A DNA stretch of 64,000 nucleotides from Anaerolineae bacterium (GTDB lineage: Bacteria > Chloroflexota > Anaerolineae > Aggregatilineales > UBA3940), in the NCBI GenBank assembly GCA_034434995.1, contig DAOTYF010000020.1:2486-66485 (forward strand), in the 5' to 3' direction. The notes beneath the pieces are model-generated. The model worked only from the letters and a program-made list of their open reading frames with translations, was not told the DNA's origin and made no database searches. This document shows positions 8,928 through 19,932 of this stretch, in pieces (positions within the stretch are counted from its first letter, which is position 1; the number at the start of each line of letters is the position of its first letter). The position numbers and the translations under genes were made by a program.

Positions 8928-10553
8928 ATGCCCAAGCAACTTGTGTTTTCTGAGGAGGCTCGCCGCCGTCTGAAGCGCGGAGTCGATACGCTGGCTGATG
9001 CCGTCACCACCACCCTGGGACCGAAGGGACGGAATGTGGCGCTGGATAAGAAGTGGGGTGCTCCAACCATCACACATGATGGTGTGACAGTGGCCAAAGA
9101 CATTGAGTTGGAAGACCCCTTCGAGGATATGGGCGCGCAACTTCTTAAGGAGGCTGCTACCAAGACCGATGACATCGCCGGTGATGGCACAACCACCAGT
9201 GTCCTGTTGGCGCAGACCATGATCAACGCTGGTCTTAAGAACGTTGCGGCGGGAGCTAACCCGATGCTGCTTAAGCGTGGGATCGAAGCCGCCACCCAGC
9301 GAGTGTCCCAGGCGCTGAAGGCCCAGGCCGTCGAGATCGATACCCAGGAAGAGATCGCCAGCGTAGCCAGCATCTCCGCGCAGGATCGTGAGATCGGCGA
9401 GCTGATCGCCCAGGTCATGTGGAAGGTGGGGAAAGACGGCGTGATTACCGTCGAGGAGGGCAAGAGTCTGGCCTTTGAGACGGAATACGTTGAGGGCATG
9501 CAGTTCGACCGTGGCTATATCAGCGCGTACTTCATCACCAGCCCGGAAAGGATGGAAGCTGTCATCGAGGAGCCACTCATCTTGCTGCATGACAAGAAGA
9601 TCAGCGCGGCAGCCGACTTGATGCCTATCCTGGAGAAAATCCTCAACCGGGGCAAACGTGAGTTGGTCATTATCGCCGAGGATGTGGATGGGGAGGCGTT
9701 GGCGACTCTGGTGCTGAATAGGCTGCGGGGTATGCTCAATGTTCTGGCTGTCAAAGCTCCCGGATTTGGTGACCGGCGCAAGGCGATGTTGGAGGACATT
9801 GCCATCCTGACTGGTGGCACGGTGATCACCGAGGAGCTGGGCCGCAGGCTGGAAAGTGCCACTATCGAGGACCTGGGGCGCGCGGAGAAGGTCATTGCCA
9901 CTAAGGATGATACCACTATCATCGGTGGCGCAGGCGATGAAGAGCGCATCAAAGCCCGCATCGAAGAGATTCGTGTGGCGATTGAGGCCAGCACATCCGA
10001 CTATGACCGTGAGAAGCTCCAGGAGCGCCAGGCCAAACTGGCTGGTGGTGTGGCCGTGATCAAGGTTGGCGCAGCGACCGAGGTCGAGCTGAAGGAGAAG
10101 AAGCATCGCGTTGAGGATGCACTGCGTGCCGCCCGTGCCTCTGTGGAGGAAGGTATCGTCCCCGGAGGCGGTGTGGCGCTGATCAACGCTCTATCTGTGT
10201 TGGATGATATCCGCATGGATAGTGCCGATGCTCAGACTGGCGTCAACATCGTCCGCACAGCACTGGAAGCCCCCATCCGCAAGATAGCAGCTAATGCGGG
10301 TCAGGATGGCGCGGTGATCATCGACACAGTGCGGCGTATGCAGCAGGAGCAGGAGAATCCCAATATTGGCTTCGATGTGATGACTGGGCAGTTTGGCGAC
10401 ATGATCGCGGCGGGAATCCTCGATCCTGTCAAGGTCACACGGGGTGCGTTGGAGAATGCGGCTAGCATTGCAGGCATGATCCTCAGCACCGAAGCGCTTA
10501 TTACCGACCTACCGGAAGAGGAGAAAGCCACACCTCCCATGCCGGAATACTAG
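8928..10553 (+). CDS. groEL: Chaperonin GroEL
   Basis: The listed ORF starts at 8841, but the ATG at 8928 ([26 protein letters not shown]) follows GAGAGGAAAGAGGAA and matches the canonical GroEL N-terminus. [12 protein letters not shown] and [25 protein letters not shown] are present. Confidence 0.95.
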   Translation: MPKQLVFSEEARRRLKRGVDTLADAVTTTLGPKGRNVALDKKWGAPTITHDGVTVAKDIELEDPFEDMGAQLLKEAATKTDDIAGDGTTTSVLLAQTMINAGLKNVAAGANPMLLKRGIEAATQRVSQALKAQAVEIDTQEEIASVASISAQDREIGELIAQVMWKVGKDGVITVEEGKSLAFETEYVEGMQFDRGYISAYFITSPERMEAVIEEPLILLHDKKISAAADLMPILEKILNRGKRELVIIAEDVDGEALATLVLNRLRGMLNVLAVKAPGFGDRRKAMLEDIAILTGGTVITEELGRRLESATIEDLGRAEKVIATKDDTTIIGGAGDEERIKARIEEIRVAIEASTSDYDREKLQERQAKLAGGVAVIKVGAATEVELKEKKHRVEDALRAARASVEEGIVPGGGVALINALSVLDDIRMDSADAQTGVNIVRTALEAPIRKIAANAGQDGAVIIDTVRRMQQEQENPNIGFDVMTGQFGDMIAAGILDPVKVTRGALENAASIAGMILSTEALITDLPEEEKATPPMPEY

Positions 10554-10585
10554 ACCGATCCTTGTACAGAAACAGCCGACATCCT

Positions 10586-10620
10586 AACAGCCCTGTCCGA
10601 CGACAGGGCTGTTTGCTTTG
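10586..10620 (+). terminator. Rho-independent terminator after groEL
   Basis: AACAGCCCTGTC-cgac-GACAGGGCTGTT forms a 12-bp stem, followed by TGCTTTG. Confidence 0.7.
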
Positions 10621-11003
10621 GTTGGCAAACTAGAGGAAAACTGTCAACTGTCGGGTGGTTCGCTGTCAGTATCGGACGTTGGAAGGGGGGTAGAATAGAG
10701 TTGGCGAAGGAATAGGGTGAGGGAGTGTGGGTAGATGGCAGGGAGGCTTTTTGATCGGCATGGCCCGCGTCAACCTCATTACTATCGTAGCCTGGTTATG
10801 CGGGAGTTTATCTTGAAGCGCCCTCGTCGCGGCTGGCTGGGTACGGGTCTCGGTCGTGCGAAGGACCCTGGCAGGCCAATGGATCTTCCAGCGATTCAGG
10901 TGCTGATATTGGTAGCTGCTGGAACGTTCTGCTTCATAGCCTGTGTGCCAGTGATGATTCTTTTGCGGCTGGTATTCCATCCATGAGCGATGGCGGAGCG
11001 GCT

Positions 11004-12890
11004 TTATAAGTGTTCCAGATTCTTCAACACCCGTTCGTCCCCCCTGCGCCGGGTGACTCCGGTTGCATCCAGGTGTTCGAGCAGGGCAATCGCGTATTTT
11101 CGGGTGGTGCCGAACAGATCGCGGGCCTGAGCCGCTGTGATCGATCCCTCACGCGCGATGAACTCCTCGATCTGGCGTCTCCAGTCGGCGTAGGTGTGCG
11201 CATCAAGGAGTACGTCGCTGCTAATTTGCACCAGATCGCCACGCTCGATCAGCGCCTGGAGCACATCCTCTCCTACAAGGCTGGCCGCTTCCTTCACGCT
11301 TGGCTGGGCATGGGGGTGGAGTTGGATTATCTCCCATAGTTGATCAATAGCCGCTTGCTCTGTGGCCGAGAATTGGACCCTATGGTCGGGCAGACGAATG
11401 ATCGTTCCCTGGTCCTGCACCATGCCCTTCTCGACGGCGAGAGCTATGAGCCGGTTAAACGATCTCATCTCCGCGCCGAGGCGGCTGCGTAAGGCTTCGC
11501 GGGGCATGCCAGAGTGCAGCCGATGCTGGGCATGATAAGCCGCCAATTCGTGGACGAGCCGGTCGGTGAGGCGGTTCCACACTGCGCGGGCCATCAGCCA
11601 ACCTTCGGGCAGGCACAGCAGATCACCGCGCGCCTCCAGCGCCTCAATGGCCCTGGCTACCTCCGGTGCGCTGAGGCCAGTAGCGGCCTGTAGCTGGTCG
11701 TGGGATAGAGCAGTCTGTTCATCAAGCACCTGCAGAAGCAAATCCTCTGGACTGCCTGCCGCCAGTGTTTGCAGGCGGGCCAAGACCTCCGGCTTAAAGC
11801 GTCGCCAGCGGTGTGCTGGGTGCGGATCGAGCACAATCCCCCCGCCAATAGTTCGCGGGGGGGATGGGCGGCGGAGGATAAAACGGTCGCCTTTGTCAAG
11901 CGCCACCGGATCGGTGAGCCTCAATTGCAACCACCCCTGTGCCCCTGGCGCAAGCTGGCGGTCGCCTAGGAGCCGGACATGGGCTATTGTCTCTGCCGAC
12001 CCGCAGAAGAACTTGACTTCGACGTTGTGCTCAAGCGGATGGCCTGCGTCGGCGAGGTGGCGGAAGGACACATCCACCAGCGTCGTCGCGGAGAGCACAC
12101 CGGGTGAAGCGACGACATCGCCACGTTGGATTTCATCGGTTGTCACACCACTCAGGTTGATAGCAACCCGGTTCCCCGGGCCGACAGTTGTGACGGTCTG
12201 CCTATAACTCTGTAGCCCCCTGATACGTGCCCGCTTCCCACCGGGCACGATCTCCACCTCATCGCCCAACGAAAAAGAGCCGCCGCCCAGCGTGCCAGTG
12301 ACGACGGTTCCGAAGCCGCTCATGGTGAAGACACGGTCAACCGGCAGTCGGGGCCGCCCGCGATCCGGACGCGGTGAATGTTCGGTCAGCGCCGAGTCCA
12401 GCGTAGCCAACAATTGATCCAGCCCTGCTCCTGTGCGAGCCGAGACGGGAATCATCGGTGCGCCTTCTAGCACCGTGCCCGCTACTACCTCGGCCAGTTC
12501 CAGTTGCACCAACTCCAGCCATTCCGGGTCAGTAATCAGGTCGATCTTGGTCAGGGCAATGATCCCGCTTGGGATGCCCAAGAGGTCGAGGATGGCTAAG
12601 TGTTCACGGGTTTGGGGCATCACCCCTTCATCGGCAGCGACGACGAACAGGGCCAGATCGATTCCGCCAACTCCGGCAAGCATATTCTCGATAAAGTCAT
12701 GATGGCCTGGGACATCTACGATGCCGACAGTTTCGCCCCGGGGCAACGTCAGCCAGGCAAAGCCGAGGTCAATGGTCATCTCGCGTGCCTTTTCCTCAGC
12801 TAGGCGGTCCGGGTCGATTCCGGTGAGCGCCCTGACCAGCGTGGACTTACCGTGATCAACGTGCCCGGCGGTACCGATGACGTAAGCCAT
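11004..12890 (-). CDS. selB: Selenocysteine-specific translation elongation factor SelB
   Basis: [63 protein letters not shown], and a long C-terminal winged-helix-like extension. Length is 628 aa. Confidence 0.9.
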   Translation of the reverse strand: MAYVIGTAGHVDHGKSTLVRALTGIDPDRLAEEKAREMTIDLGFAWLTLPRGETVGIVDVPGHHDFIENMLAGVGGIDLALFVVAADEGVMPQTREHLAILDLLGIPSGIIALTKIDLITDPEWLELVQLELAEVVAGTVLEGAPMIPVSARTGAGLDQLLATLDSALTEHSPRPDRGRPRLPVDRVFTMSGFGTVVTGTLGGGSFSLGDEVEIVPGGKRARIRGLQSYRQTVTTVGPGNRVAINLSGVTTDEIQRGDVVASPGVLSATTLVDVSFRHLADAGHPLEHNVEVKFFCGSAETIAHVRLLGDRQLAPGAQGWLQLRLTDPVALDKGDRFILRRPSPPRTIGGGIVLDPHPAHRWRRFKPEVLARLQTLAAGSPEDLLLQVLDEQTALSHDQLQAATGLSAPEVARAIEALEARGDLLCLPEGWLMARAVWNRLTDRLVHELAAYHAQHRLHSGMPREALRSRLGAEMRSFNRLIALAVEKGMVQDQGTIIRLPDHRVQFSATEQAAIDQLWEIIQLHPHAQPSVKEAASLVGEDVLQALIERGDLVQISSDVLLDAHTYADWRRQIEEFIAREGSITAAQARDLFGTTRKYAIALLEHLDATGVTRRRGDERVLKNLEHL

Positions 12891-12899
12891 GCGGTCACC

Positions 12900-14075
12900 T
12901 CATGACAGGGGGGGCAGGGAGCTATCCTCGGATTGCTCACGCAGGGATTGGATCATTGCGGTTAAGCCTCGCAAGGCGTCCTGCTGGGATGCCCTGAGAT
13001 TCTTGAGATGATCGGTCAACGCCTGAACCTGTTGCATCAGTTGGCGCATAGTGGACTGAAGATCGTCCATAGAGCGCTGGTGCTCACGGCGAGCCTCCTC
13101 AGCAGTCAGTGTGAATTGCCGCCAACGCTTCTGATCATCCTGTAAGAACTCCTCCCAATCCTTGCGGAAGCGCTCTTCTGACAGACGCTGAACCTCGGCC
13201 ACCTCGTTTAGACGGCGATCCATACGGTCAGCCAGGCGGTCAAAGTCGTCAACCTGTTTTTTCATGACCCGGTAGGTCGCTCCCCAGGTTTCAAACTGCT
13301 GAGCGTATTGGTCCATGTCCTCGGCGAAGGAGTCCATACGCCGGATGACCTCTGCCATAGCCTGCTCGCGTTGTTGAGCGGCTAGGGCTTCCTGTTCAGC
13401 CCAGGCCTGCCGCTGCTGCTTGAAGTCCCCCAGCTCGCCACTTATCTGTCCAACTGTCCGCTCGTTCCTGCGGCTTAGGTCTTCCAGCAGTTCCAGCTTG
13501 GCCTTGTGACTCTCCATCCGTTTGGTCAGCTCAATGATCTCACCGCTCATGTCTGAGATACGGCGGCTGTCCTGACGGCGTTGCTCCTCCAAGAAAGCGA
13601 GCGTGCGCTGGAACTCCTCCAACCCTTTGGTTAGATTAGTGGCATAGAGCTGAAGCTCATTAGCCACTCTCGAGAGACGTTCTTCCTCCGCGCGGCGCAG
13701 TTGAAGCTCGCGTTCGAGTCTGGCAATCATCTCTTGGCGCAGTTCATCCAGCGCCTTCATGACGCCCTCGCGGTCCACCTCGCGTAGTTTCTTGAAGTCC
13801 AGATCGCTCTGCTCGCGGCGGGCAACTGCGGATTCGACGAGAGCGGCGATTTCAGTTCGCAACCGGGCCACGGTCTCGTCGAAAGAGCTGATGCTTAGAG
13901 TTTTGCTTTGCAGGGACGCCAACCCCGTCTCCAGCGCATGAATACGCCTGCTCTGATCTTCTAGCAGGGCGGCCTGGGAGGCGACGCGCTCCTCCAGCTT
14001 GGTGATCAATGCTTTGTCTTTGCGCCGCTCTTCATCCAACCATGTGACCATCTGAGCGGTTTGCTTGGCTTCCAT
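12900..14075 (-). CDS. Coiled-coil protein of unknown function
   Basis: 391 aa with heptad-rich E/R/L/Q composition throughout. It ends 9 nt upstream of the selB start, so the two are likely co-transcribed. Confidence 0.6.
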   Translation of the reverse strand: MEAKQTAQMVTWLDEERRKDKALITKLEERVASQAALLEDQSRRIHALETGLASLQSKTLSISSFDETVARLRTEIAALVESAVARREQSDLDFKKLREVDREGVMKALDELRQEMIARLERELQLRRAEEERLSRVANELQLYATNLTKGLEEFQRTLAFLEEQRRQDSRRISDMSGEIIELTKRMESHKAKLELLEDLSRRNERTVGQISGELGDFKQQRQAWAEQEALAAQQREQAMAEVIRRMDSFAEDMDQYAQQFETWGATYRVMKKQVDDFDRLADRMDRRLNEVAEVQRLSEERFRKDWEEFLQDDQKRWRQFTLTAEEARREHQRSMDDLQSTMRQLMQQVQALTDHLKNLRASQQDALRGLTAMIQSLREQSEDSSLPPLS

Positions 14076-14191
14076 TGACTAGCATACTCCTGTACGGCTG
14101 TGTGCGACTGAGCTTTTGACGGCAGGGCCGTCTTCCGGCCATTACAGTTGCCTGCCCCTGAGATGAAATCCCTCCTACGAATTGTCGCACA

Positions 14192-14219
14192 TTGACTTGT
14201 CTATCGCTATGACTATACT
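14192..14219 (+). promoter_or_regulatory. Candidate promoter (TTGACT-N16-TATACT) for the acyl-CoA synthetase gene
   Basis: TTGACT at 14192-14197 and TATACT at 14214-14219, about 125 nt upstream of the ATG at 14345. Confidence 0.45.
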
Positions 14220-14344
14220 AAGTTCACTGAGGGTATTCTTCACTACAGACTGTCGCTCTTGCAACTGAGTAGTGCCACATCCGCCGAGGGGGTCAGTGGC
14301 CGGAGGCGTGCGCTGGCTCTCCCTGAAGAAAAGGAGTTTGCCAC

Positions 14345-16075
14345 ATGAACTACGCGGACAAGCCCTGGACGAAACACTATGATCCTGGTGTGCCGGCGTC
14401 TCTAGCGCCCTACCCGGACGTGCCGTTGTTCCAGTTGCTGGATGATACTGTCCGGGACCACCCAGATAATACCGCATGTATCACAGCGCTTAAACTTCCG
14501 CTCTTCGGCCTGAAACATGCCGCGCTTTCCTATCGAGAGCTGGGAGAGGCGAGTGATCGCCTCGCTGCCGCTCTGGCGGATATGGGTGTGAAAAAGGGAG
14601 ACCGGGTGGCACTGGTGCTGCCTAACTGCACCCAGTTCGTCATCGCGTTCTTTGGTATCCTGAAGGCAGGGGGGGTTGTGGTCGCCATGAACCCAACCTT
14701 CCCGCCGCTCAAATGGGCTGACCAATTCAACGATAGCGGCACAGAGACCGTTATCTCGCTAACCGCTTTCTATGAGGGGCTGAACTCGATCCGCGAACAG
14801 ACGCCGATCAGACAGATCATCCTGACTAACATCAAAGAATACTTCCCCGGCCTTGGCAAGACGCTCTTCACGCTGGCAATGGAGAAGAAGATGGGCCATC
14901 GTGTTGAGGAATTGTGCGCCGGGGATGTCTGGTTCCAGGACCTGCTGGCTCGTTATACGCCCAGCCAGCGCCCGACGGTCAGCATTGATGCCAAAACGGA
15001 CACGGCTATCTTCCAGTACACTGGCGGCACCACAGGTGTGCCCAAGGCAGCGCGTGGCCCGCACCGCGCCTTGGCTGCGAATGCCATCCAGATGCGCCAC
15101 TGGCTGGCGGGCGATGGCGATCCTTCGCAGGAACGGACACTGGCTGCTATTCCGCTGTTCCATGTCTACGGGATGGTCGCCGTCATGATCTTTGCCGTGT
15201 CCTCGGGCATGACCATGATCATGGTCCGCAACGCCCGCGACATTGACGATCTGCTCATTCACATAGACGCCTTCAAACCGAGCATTTTCATGGGAGTGCC
15301 GGCGCTGTATAACGCGATCAACATGCACCCGGACGTGGCTGCCGGCAAGTACGATCTCAGTTCGATCCGGGCGTGCATTAGCGGATCGGCACCACTGGCA
15401 CCCGAAACCAAGCGTCGGTTTGAGGAACTGACCGGTGGTACGGTCATGGAAGGCTTCGGCATGAGCGAAGCCCCGACGGCTACACATTGTAACCCAATGC
15501 GGGGGACGAACAAGGTTGGCTCGATTGGCCTGCCCTTTCCCGATGTGGAGTGCCGTATTGTCAGCCTCGACGATGGAGTAAGTGACATGCCGGTGGGCGA
15601 GATCGGCGAGCTGGTCATTCGTGGCCCGGTGATGATGACGGGTTACCACAACATGCCCACTGAGACAGCCAACGCGATCCGCGATGGCTGGCTCTATACT
15701 GGCGACATTGCCCGAATGGATGAGGAAGGCTACTTCTATATTGTTGATCGCAAGAAGGACATGGTGTTGATCGGCGGCTTCAACGTGTATCCCAATAACG
15801 TTGAGAAGGTGCTAATGGAACATGAGGCTGTCGCTGAGGCGGGCGTAGCCGGAATACCGCACCCGGAACGCGAAGGCCAGGAAGCGCTTAAGGCATGGAT
15901 TGTGCTCAAGCCAGGTATGCAGGTGACTGAGCAGGCGTTGATCGACTTCTGTAGGGAGAGATTGGCTCCCTACGAGATTCCGCGCCGGATCGAGTTCGTC
16001 GAAGCACTGCCCAAGACAACGGTCGGCAAGATTCTGCGCCGCGAGCTGGTGCGTATGGAGACTGAGAAGGGCTGA
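14345..16075 (+). CDS. Long-chain-fatty-acid--CoA ligase (AMP-binding family)
   Basis: IFQYTGGTTGVPKAA is the AMP-binding P-loop. YGMSE-like GFGMSEA, YTGDIARMDEEGYFYIVDRKKDMV and PKTTVGKILRREL are present. The RBS is AAAGGAG. Confidence 0.85.
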   Translation: MNYADKPWTKHYDPGVPASLAPYPDVPLFQLLDDTVRDHPDNTACITALKLPLFGLKHAALSYRELGEASDRLAAALADMGVKKGDRVALVLPNCTQFVIAFFGILKAGGVVVAMNPTFPPLKWADQFNDSGTETVISLTAFYEGLNSIREQTPIRQIILTNIKEYFPGLGKTLFTLAMEKKMGHRVEELCAGDVWFQDLLARYTPSQRPTVSIDAKTDTAIFQYTGGTTGVPKAARGPHRALAANAIQMRHWLAGDGDPSQERTLAAIPLFHVYGMVAVMIFAVSSGMTMIMVRNARDIDDLLIHIDAFKPSIFMGVPALYNAINMHPDVAAGKYDLSSIRACISGSAPLAPETKRRFEELTGGTVMEGFGMSEAPTATHCNPMRGTNKVGSIGLPFPDVECRIVSLDDGVSDMPVGEIGELVIRGPVMMTGYHNMPTETANAIRDGWLYTGDIARMDEEGYFYIVDRKKDMVLIGGFNVYPNNVEKVLMEHEAVAEAGVAGIPHPEREGQEALKAWIVLKPGMQVTEQALIDFCRERLAPYEIPRRIEFVEALPKTTVGKILRRELVRMETEKG

Positions 16076-16095
16076 GCCAAGCCGGTTGCTGCAAA

Positions 16096-16131
16096 CAGAA
16101 ACCGGGCATCCCTTCGGCTGCCCGGTTTCTG
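16096..16131. terminator. Bidirectional terminator hairpin between convergent genes
   Basis: CAGAAACCGGGCA-tcccttcggc-TGCCCGGTTTCTG forms a 13-bp stem. It is T-rich on the plus side (CTTCTTTGC) and A-rich upstream, which reads as T-rich for the minus strand. Confidence 0.7.
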
Positions 16132-16153
16132 CTTCTTTGCTCCGTTGGTCGTG

Positions 16154-18148
16154 CTAGGCAGGGGCAGGCTTCGGTGGCAGGTCCAGGGAAGGCGGCACGT
16201 CTTCAGCAGTGTCGGGCGGTTCGGGGACACGCTTTTCGGGCCGCGATGATCGCGGCGGGGTGGTCTGGACTTCCTGCACATCCTCGCCTGCCATCAACCG
16301 CTCAAATGCCTGCCGATCCAATGTCTCCACTTCAAGTAACGTCTGGGCGACGCGCTCCAGTTTGTCACGATGGTCATTCAGGATGGTGCGTGCTCGCTCA
16401 TATGCCTCGCTAACAATGCGGCGCACCTCTGCATCGATCTCCTCCGCTACTGCCTCGCTGTAGTCCCGTTGTTCACCGATCTCGCGACCCAGGAAAACCA
16501 GCTCTTCTTTCTGACCATAGATCATGGGGCCAAGCCGATCGCTCATCCCGTAGCGCATCACCATATTCCGCGCTGTCTGAGTGACATGTTCTAGATCGGC
16601 CTTGGCGCCGGTGGTCACTTCGCCAAACACCAGATCCTCAGCCACACGCCCCCCCAGGGCCATTGCGATCTCGTCCATAAACTTGGATCGTGACTTGTAC
16701 CAGAAATCCTCAGGCAAGGACATAGTATAGCCGCCTGCCATGCCGCGCGGGATGATGGTGACCTTCAATACCGGGTCGCAGTTGGGCAGCAAGTGGCCTA
16801 CTACGGCGTGGCCTGCTTCGTGGTAGGCCGTAATGCGGCGTTCCTCTTCGCTAATCAGGCGGCTGCGACGCTCTGGCCCGGCAATGACACGCTCGATGGC
16901 TTCCTGCATCTCCAGCATGGTGATGGTCTTTTTATTCCGGCGTGCGGCCAGGATCGCTGCCTCATTGATCATGTTCTCCAGGTCGGCCCCGACGAAACCC
17001 GGTGTGGCACGGGCCAGCACTCCAAGGTCCACATCGCTGCCGAGCGGCTTACCGCGCACATGGACCTTGAGGATTGCCTCACGACCCCGCACGTCGGGCC
17101 GGTCGAGCACCACACGGCGGTCAAAGCGCCCTGGCCGCAGCAGCGCAGGGTCAAGGATATCCGGGCGATTGGTTGCGGCGATAATGATCACGTTCGTGTC
17201 GGTGTCAAAGCCATCCATCTCAACCAGGATCTGGTTCAGAGTTTGCTCACGCTCGTCGTGCGATCCCCCCAACCCTGCTCCACGGTGGCGGCCCACTGCA
17301 TCGATCTCGTCAATAAACACAATGCATGGGCTATGACGCTTGGCCTGGTCAAACAGGTCACGGACACGGCTTGCGCCGACGCCGACGAACATTTCCACGA
17401 ACTCCGACCCGGAGATCGAAAAGAAGGGGACGCCCGCCTCGCCGCTGACGGCCTTTGCCAGCAGCGTCTTGCCTGTGCCGGGTGGTCCAACCAGCAGTAC
17501 GCCCTTTGGAATGCGCGCGCCCAATTGGATGAACTTATCCGGTTCACGTAGGAATTCGACGACTTCAGCTAATTCCTCTTTGGCTTCCTGACAACCGGCC
17601 ACGTCATCAAAGGTTACCGTCGGCTGATCTCCCGTGAACATGCGGGCGCGGCTTTTGCCGAAAGACAGCGCCTGATTGTTTGTGCCTTGCGCCTGGCGCA
17701 ACATCATGTAGATCACGCCGACCACGATCAGCAAGGGAAGGAGGTACATCAATGCGGTGATGATGCTCTGCCAGTTAGTCGTTTTCTGGTTGACGAACTC
17801 AATCGCCGCAAGCTGGTCGCTGTTGACGCCGAACGAGGCCAACTGTTCCGGTGCCGTACTGGTGGGGTCCTTTGTGGCGACCGCCGTCTCTCCCCCTGTG
17901 AGTGAGATCGTCATCCGGTTGTCGTCACTCACCACGATTTTTTCGATCCGGCCTTCCTTCGCAGCTTCGGCCACCTGGGTGATAGACCATTCATCCGGCG
18001 GCTCGTTACGAGCCAGCGCGGCCATGATAATCACACCGATGGCCAGCACAAACAACAGGTATACGAAGCCATGTCTGAAGCGGGTTGAATTCACCTTTTT
18101 GGCTCCCATGACGACAAACGGCGCTCGCGCGCCGGCAGGCTCAAGCAC
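16154..18148 (-). CDS. ftsH: ATP-dependent zinc metalloprotease FtsH
   Basis: [21 protein letters not shown], the SRH region, and the HEAGHAVV zinc motif. There are two N-terminal TM segments. The start may be the internal MGAKK. Confidence 0.95.
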   Translation of the reverse strand: MLEPAGARAPFVVMGAKKVNSTRFRHGFVYLLFVLAIGVIIMAALARNEPPDEWSITQVAEAAKEGRIEKIVVSDDNRMTISLTGGETAVATKDPTSTAPEQLASFGVNSDQLAAIEFVNQKTTNWQSIITALMYLLPLLIVVGVIYMMLRQAQGTNNQALSFGKSRARMFTGDQPTVTFDDVAGCQEAKEELAEVVEFLREPDKFIQLGARIPKGVLLVGPPGTGKTLLAKAVSGEAGVPFFSISGSEFVEMFVGVGASRVRDLFDQAKRHSPCIVFIDEIDAVGRHRGAGLGGSHDEREQTLNQILVEMDGFDTDTNVIIIAATNRPDILDPALLRPGRFDRRVVLDRPDVRGREAILKVHVRGKPLGSDVDLGVLARATPGFVGADLENMINEAAILAARRNKKTITMLEMQEAIERVIAGPERRSRLISEEERRITAYHEAGHAVVGHLLPNCDPVLKVTIIPRGMAGGYTMSLPEDFWYKSRSKFMDEIAMALGGRVAEDLVFGEVTTGAKADLEHVTQTARNMVMRYGMSDRLGPMIYGQKEELVFLGREIGEQRDYSEAVAEEIDAEVRRIVSEAYERARTILNDHRDKLERVAQTLLEVETLDRQAFERLMAGEDVQEVQTTPPRSSRPEKRVPEPPDTAEDVPPSLDLPPKPAPA

Positions 18149-18233
18149 CTATTTGTCTTTATGAACCCTACCCACGCGCTGCGTTCATCCCGGATTATAG
18201 CAGGTAGCGGTGCGGCGTTCAAAAGACCTCAGT

Positions 18234-18261
18234 GTTTGGTCGAAAATTCTTTGGGCCAAAC
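18234..18261 (-). repeat. Second copy of the 28-nt palindromic element
   Basis: GTTTGGTCGAAAATTCTTTGGGCCAAAC matches the reverse complement of the 8853-8880 element at 26 of 28 positions. It lies between the kinase stop and the ftsH start. Confidence 0.5.
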
Positions 18262-18283
18262 GCCTGGTCTATCCTGGAGGTCA

Positions 18284-19489
18284 TCAGCGTGTGAAAGTGA
18301 AGTAGACGGTCAGCCACAGCGGGATCAAACCCAATACAGCCACCGCTGCGAGCACACCCAGGACGATCCCATAGATGTCTACCCCTGGCACAATATCCTC
18401 CGGCAGGTCAGCGTATTCTTCTTCGTAGGGCGGCGGAGGATATGCGGGCTGCGGCGGAGCCACCCGACGTGGGGGTGCGTAGGTAGCTGCGTCAACAGGC
18501 TGCATGGATGGTACGGTGGGTTCCTCGCTGGGTACAGTCTGCCGCCCGCGATGGGGCATGGTTGGCTGCGGCTGTGGGGGCGTTGAAACCTGTGATGGGC
18601 GGATCACGAAACTGGATGTCGGCTGAAGCCCCTGTTCGCGGTACTTCTCCAAAATGCGTCCAAGCTGATCGGCGGTACGGTAGCGTGTTGATGGCTCTTT
18701 AGACAGCACTTTCTGGATGATTCGATCCAGTTCCTGCGGCAGTGCCGGATTGACGCTTGTAACTGTAGGAGGGGGCTGCTTCAGATGTGCCAGGGCCAGT
18801 TCGCGGTAGTCACTGCCCGTGAAGGGCAGCCGCCCGGTCAGCAGCTCGAACAGGACAATGCCAATGGAGTATACATCGGAAGCCGGAGTACAGCCCTCAC
18901 CGGCTGCCTGCTCCGGTGAGAAGTAGTGCGGACTGCCCCACACTACTTCCTCCAGCTCGTCCGCTGGTGTGCTGGTAAAGGCGCGCGCAATTCCGAAGTC
19001 GGTGACCTTCACCGTATTGTCGGGCGTGATCAGGATGTTCTGCGGTTTCACGTCACAGTGAACAAGGCCCGCCCGATGCGCGTAGCCGACGCCCTTGCAC
19101 ACTTCCACCACGATGGCTAACGCAGCATCAACGTCGAAGGCGCCTCGCGCCCGCAGCAGTTTTTTGAGGTCCTGGCCGGGGACGTATTCCATGACAATAT
19201 AGTGGGTCTTGGGGCCATCCTGTCCCACGTCGTAGACGGTGACGATATTGGGGTGGGTCAGCTTGGCAGCGGCCTGCGCCTCACGGCGGAAGCGGATCAG
19301 GAATTCGGGGTCATCCACCAGGCTGGGCCGCAGGATCTTGACCGAGACCAACCGTCCCAGCTCCATATCCTGTCCGCGATAGATGACGGCCATACCGCCC
19401 GCCCCGATTTGTTCAATGAGGCGGTAGCGGTCATTGAGGATGGGATTTTCTGCCATGAGTCCTATTCTACTCGCAATCTTGCTGCTCAC
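18284..19489 (-). CDS. Ser/Thr protein kinase with Pro-rich linker and C-terminal TM anchor
   Basis: Hanks motifs GAGGMAVIY, VSVKIL, HCDVKPQNIL, DFGIA and SPEQA are present. The C-terminal TM is GIVLGVLAAVAVLGLIPLWLTVYF. The GTG start overlaps the upstream stop (GTGA). An alternative ATG lies at 19456. Confidence 0.85.
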   Translation of the reverse strand: MSSKIASRIGLMAENPILNDRYRLIEQIGAGGMAVIYRGQDMELGRLVSVKILRPSLVDDPEFLIRFRREAQAAAKLTHPNIVTVYDVGQDGPKTHYIVMEYVPGQDLKKLLRARGAFDVDAALAIVVEVCKGVGYAHRAGLVHCDVKPQNILITPDNTVKVTDFGIARAFTSTPADELEEVVWGSPHYFSPEQAAGEGCTPASDVYSIGIVLFELLTGRLPFTGSDYRELALAHLKQPPPTVTSVNPALPQELDRIIQKVLSKEPSTRYRTADQLGRILEKYREQGLQPTSSFVIRPSQVSTPPQPQPTMPHRGRQTVPSEEPTVPSMQPVDAATYAPPRRVAPPQPAYPPPPYEEEYADLPEDIVPGVDIYGIVLGVLAAVAVLGLIPLWLTVYFTFTR

Positions 19490-19932
19490 AACTGGCCCCG
19501 CAGGCCAGCCGCGCAGCGCAGTGTAGATGCCCAGGTTGGAGGAAAGCGCCGGACCTTCCCAGATTGATCAAGGCATACGTGCTTGCTAGAGCCAGTAGCC
19601 AGAATCTCGCCGCTAGCAGTCCGGGTGACCTCGTAGCAGTAAGCGATGCCGCGGCTTTGCAGCCGCTCCACCCATGTTCGCACGGTGATTGCTTCGTCGT
19701 AGCGGGCTGCCCCAACGTAGCGCACATTCAGCTCGGTGACGGCCAGCGAATAACCTGCGGCTGCCAAGGCAGCGCACGACGCGCCGAACTGGCGGCCCAA
19801 CTCACTGCGCCCCTCTTCAAAATACACCAGGTAGGCTGCATGGTGTACGATCCCCATCTGGTCCGTTTCGGCAAAGCGCACTCGGAAGGTGGTCTCGACG
19901 ACGCGCGATTGAGGGGAAGCGGTGCTCATCAC
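19486..19932 (-). CDS. Acyl-CoA thioesterase (4HBT/YbgC-like hotdog fold)
   Basis: FRVRFAETDQMGIVHHAAYLVYFEEGRSE is the typical 4HBT N-terminal motif. Length is 148 aa. Confidence 0.75.
   Translation of the reverse strand: MMSTASPQSRVVETTFRVRFAETDQMGIVHHAAYLVYFEEGRSELGRQFGASCAALAAAGYSLAVTELNVRYVGAARYDEAITVRTWVERLQSRGIAYCYEVTRTASGEILATGSSKHVCLDQSGKVRRFPPTWASTLRCAAGLRGQL

Noticed and set aside
8907-10106. 399-aa ORF antisense to groEL.
   Set aside because: It lies entirely inside the unambiguous groEL gene on the opposite strand. It has no recognisable motifs and an Arg/Gly/Leu-rich composition typical of shadow ORFs in GC-rich DNA.
10621-11003. Possible tRNA-Sec (selC) or other small RNA downstream of selB, and the 83-aa ORF at 10735-10986.
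   Set aside because: There is no GGTTCGA-type T-loop. The only CTTCAAG anticodon-loop-like string (minus strand, near 10815) has no complementary flanking stem. The ORF has no convincing RBS, and only its last 35 codons look membrane-like. Neither is supported.
14759-15649. 296-aa ORF antisense to the acyl-CoA synthetase gene.
   Set aside because: It is a shadow ORF within a well-supported gene, with no motifs and no RBS.
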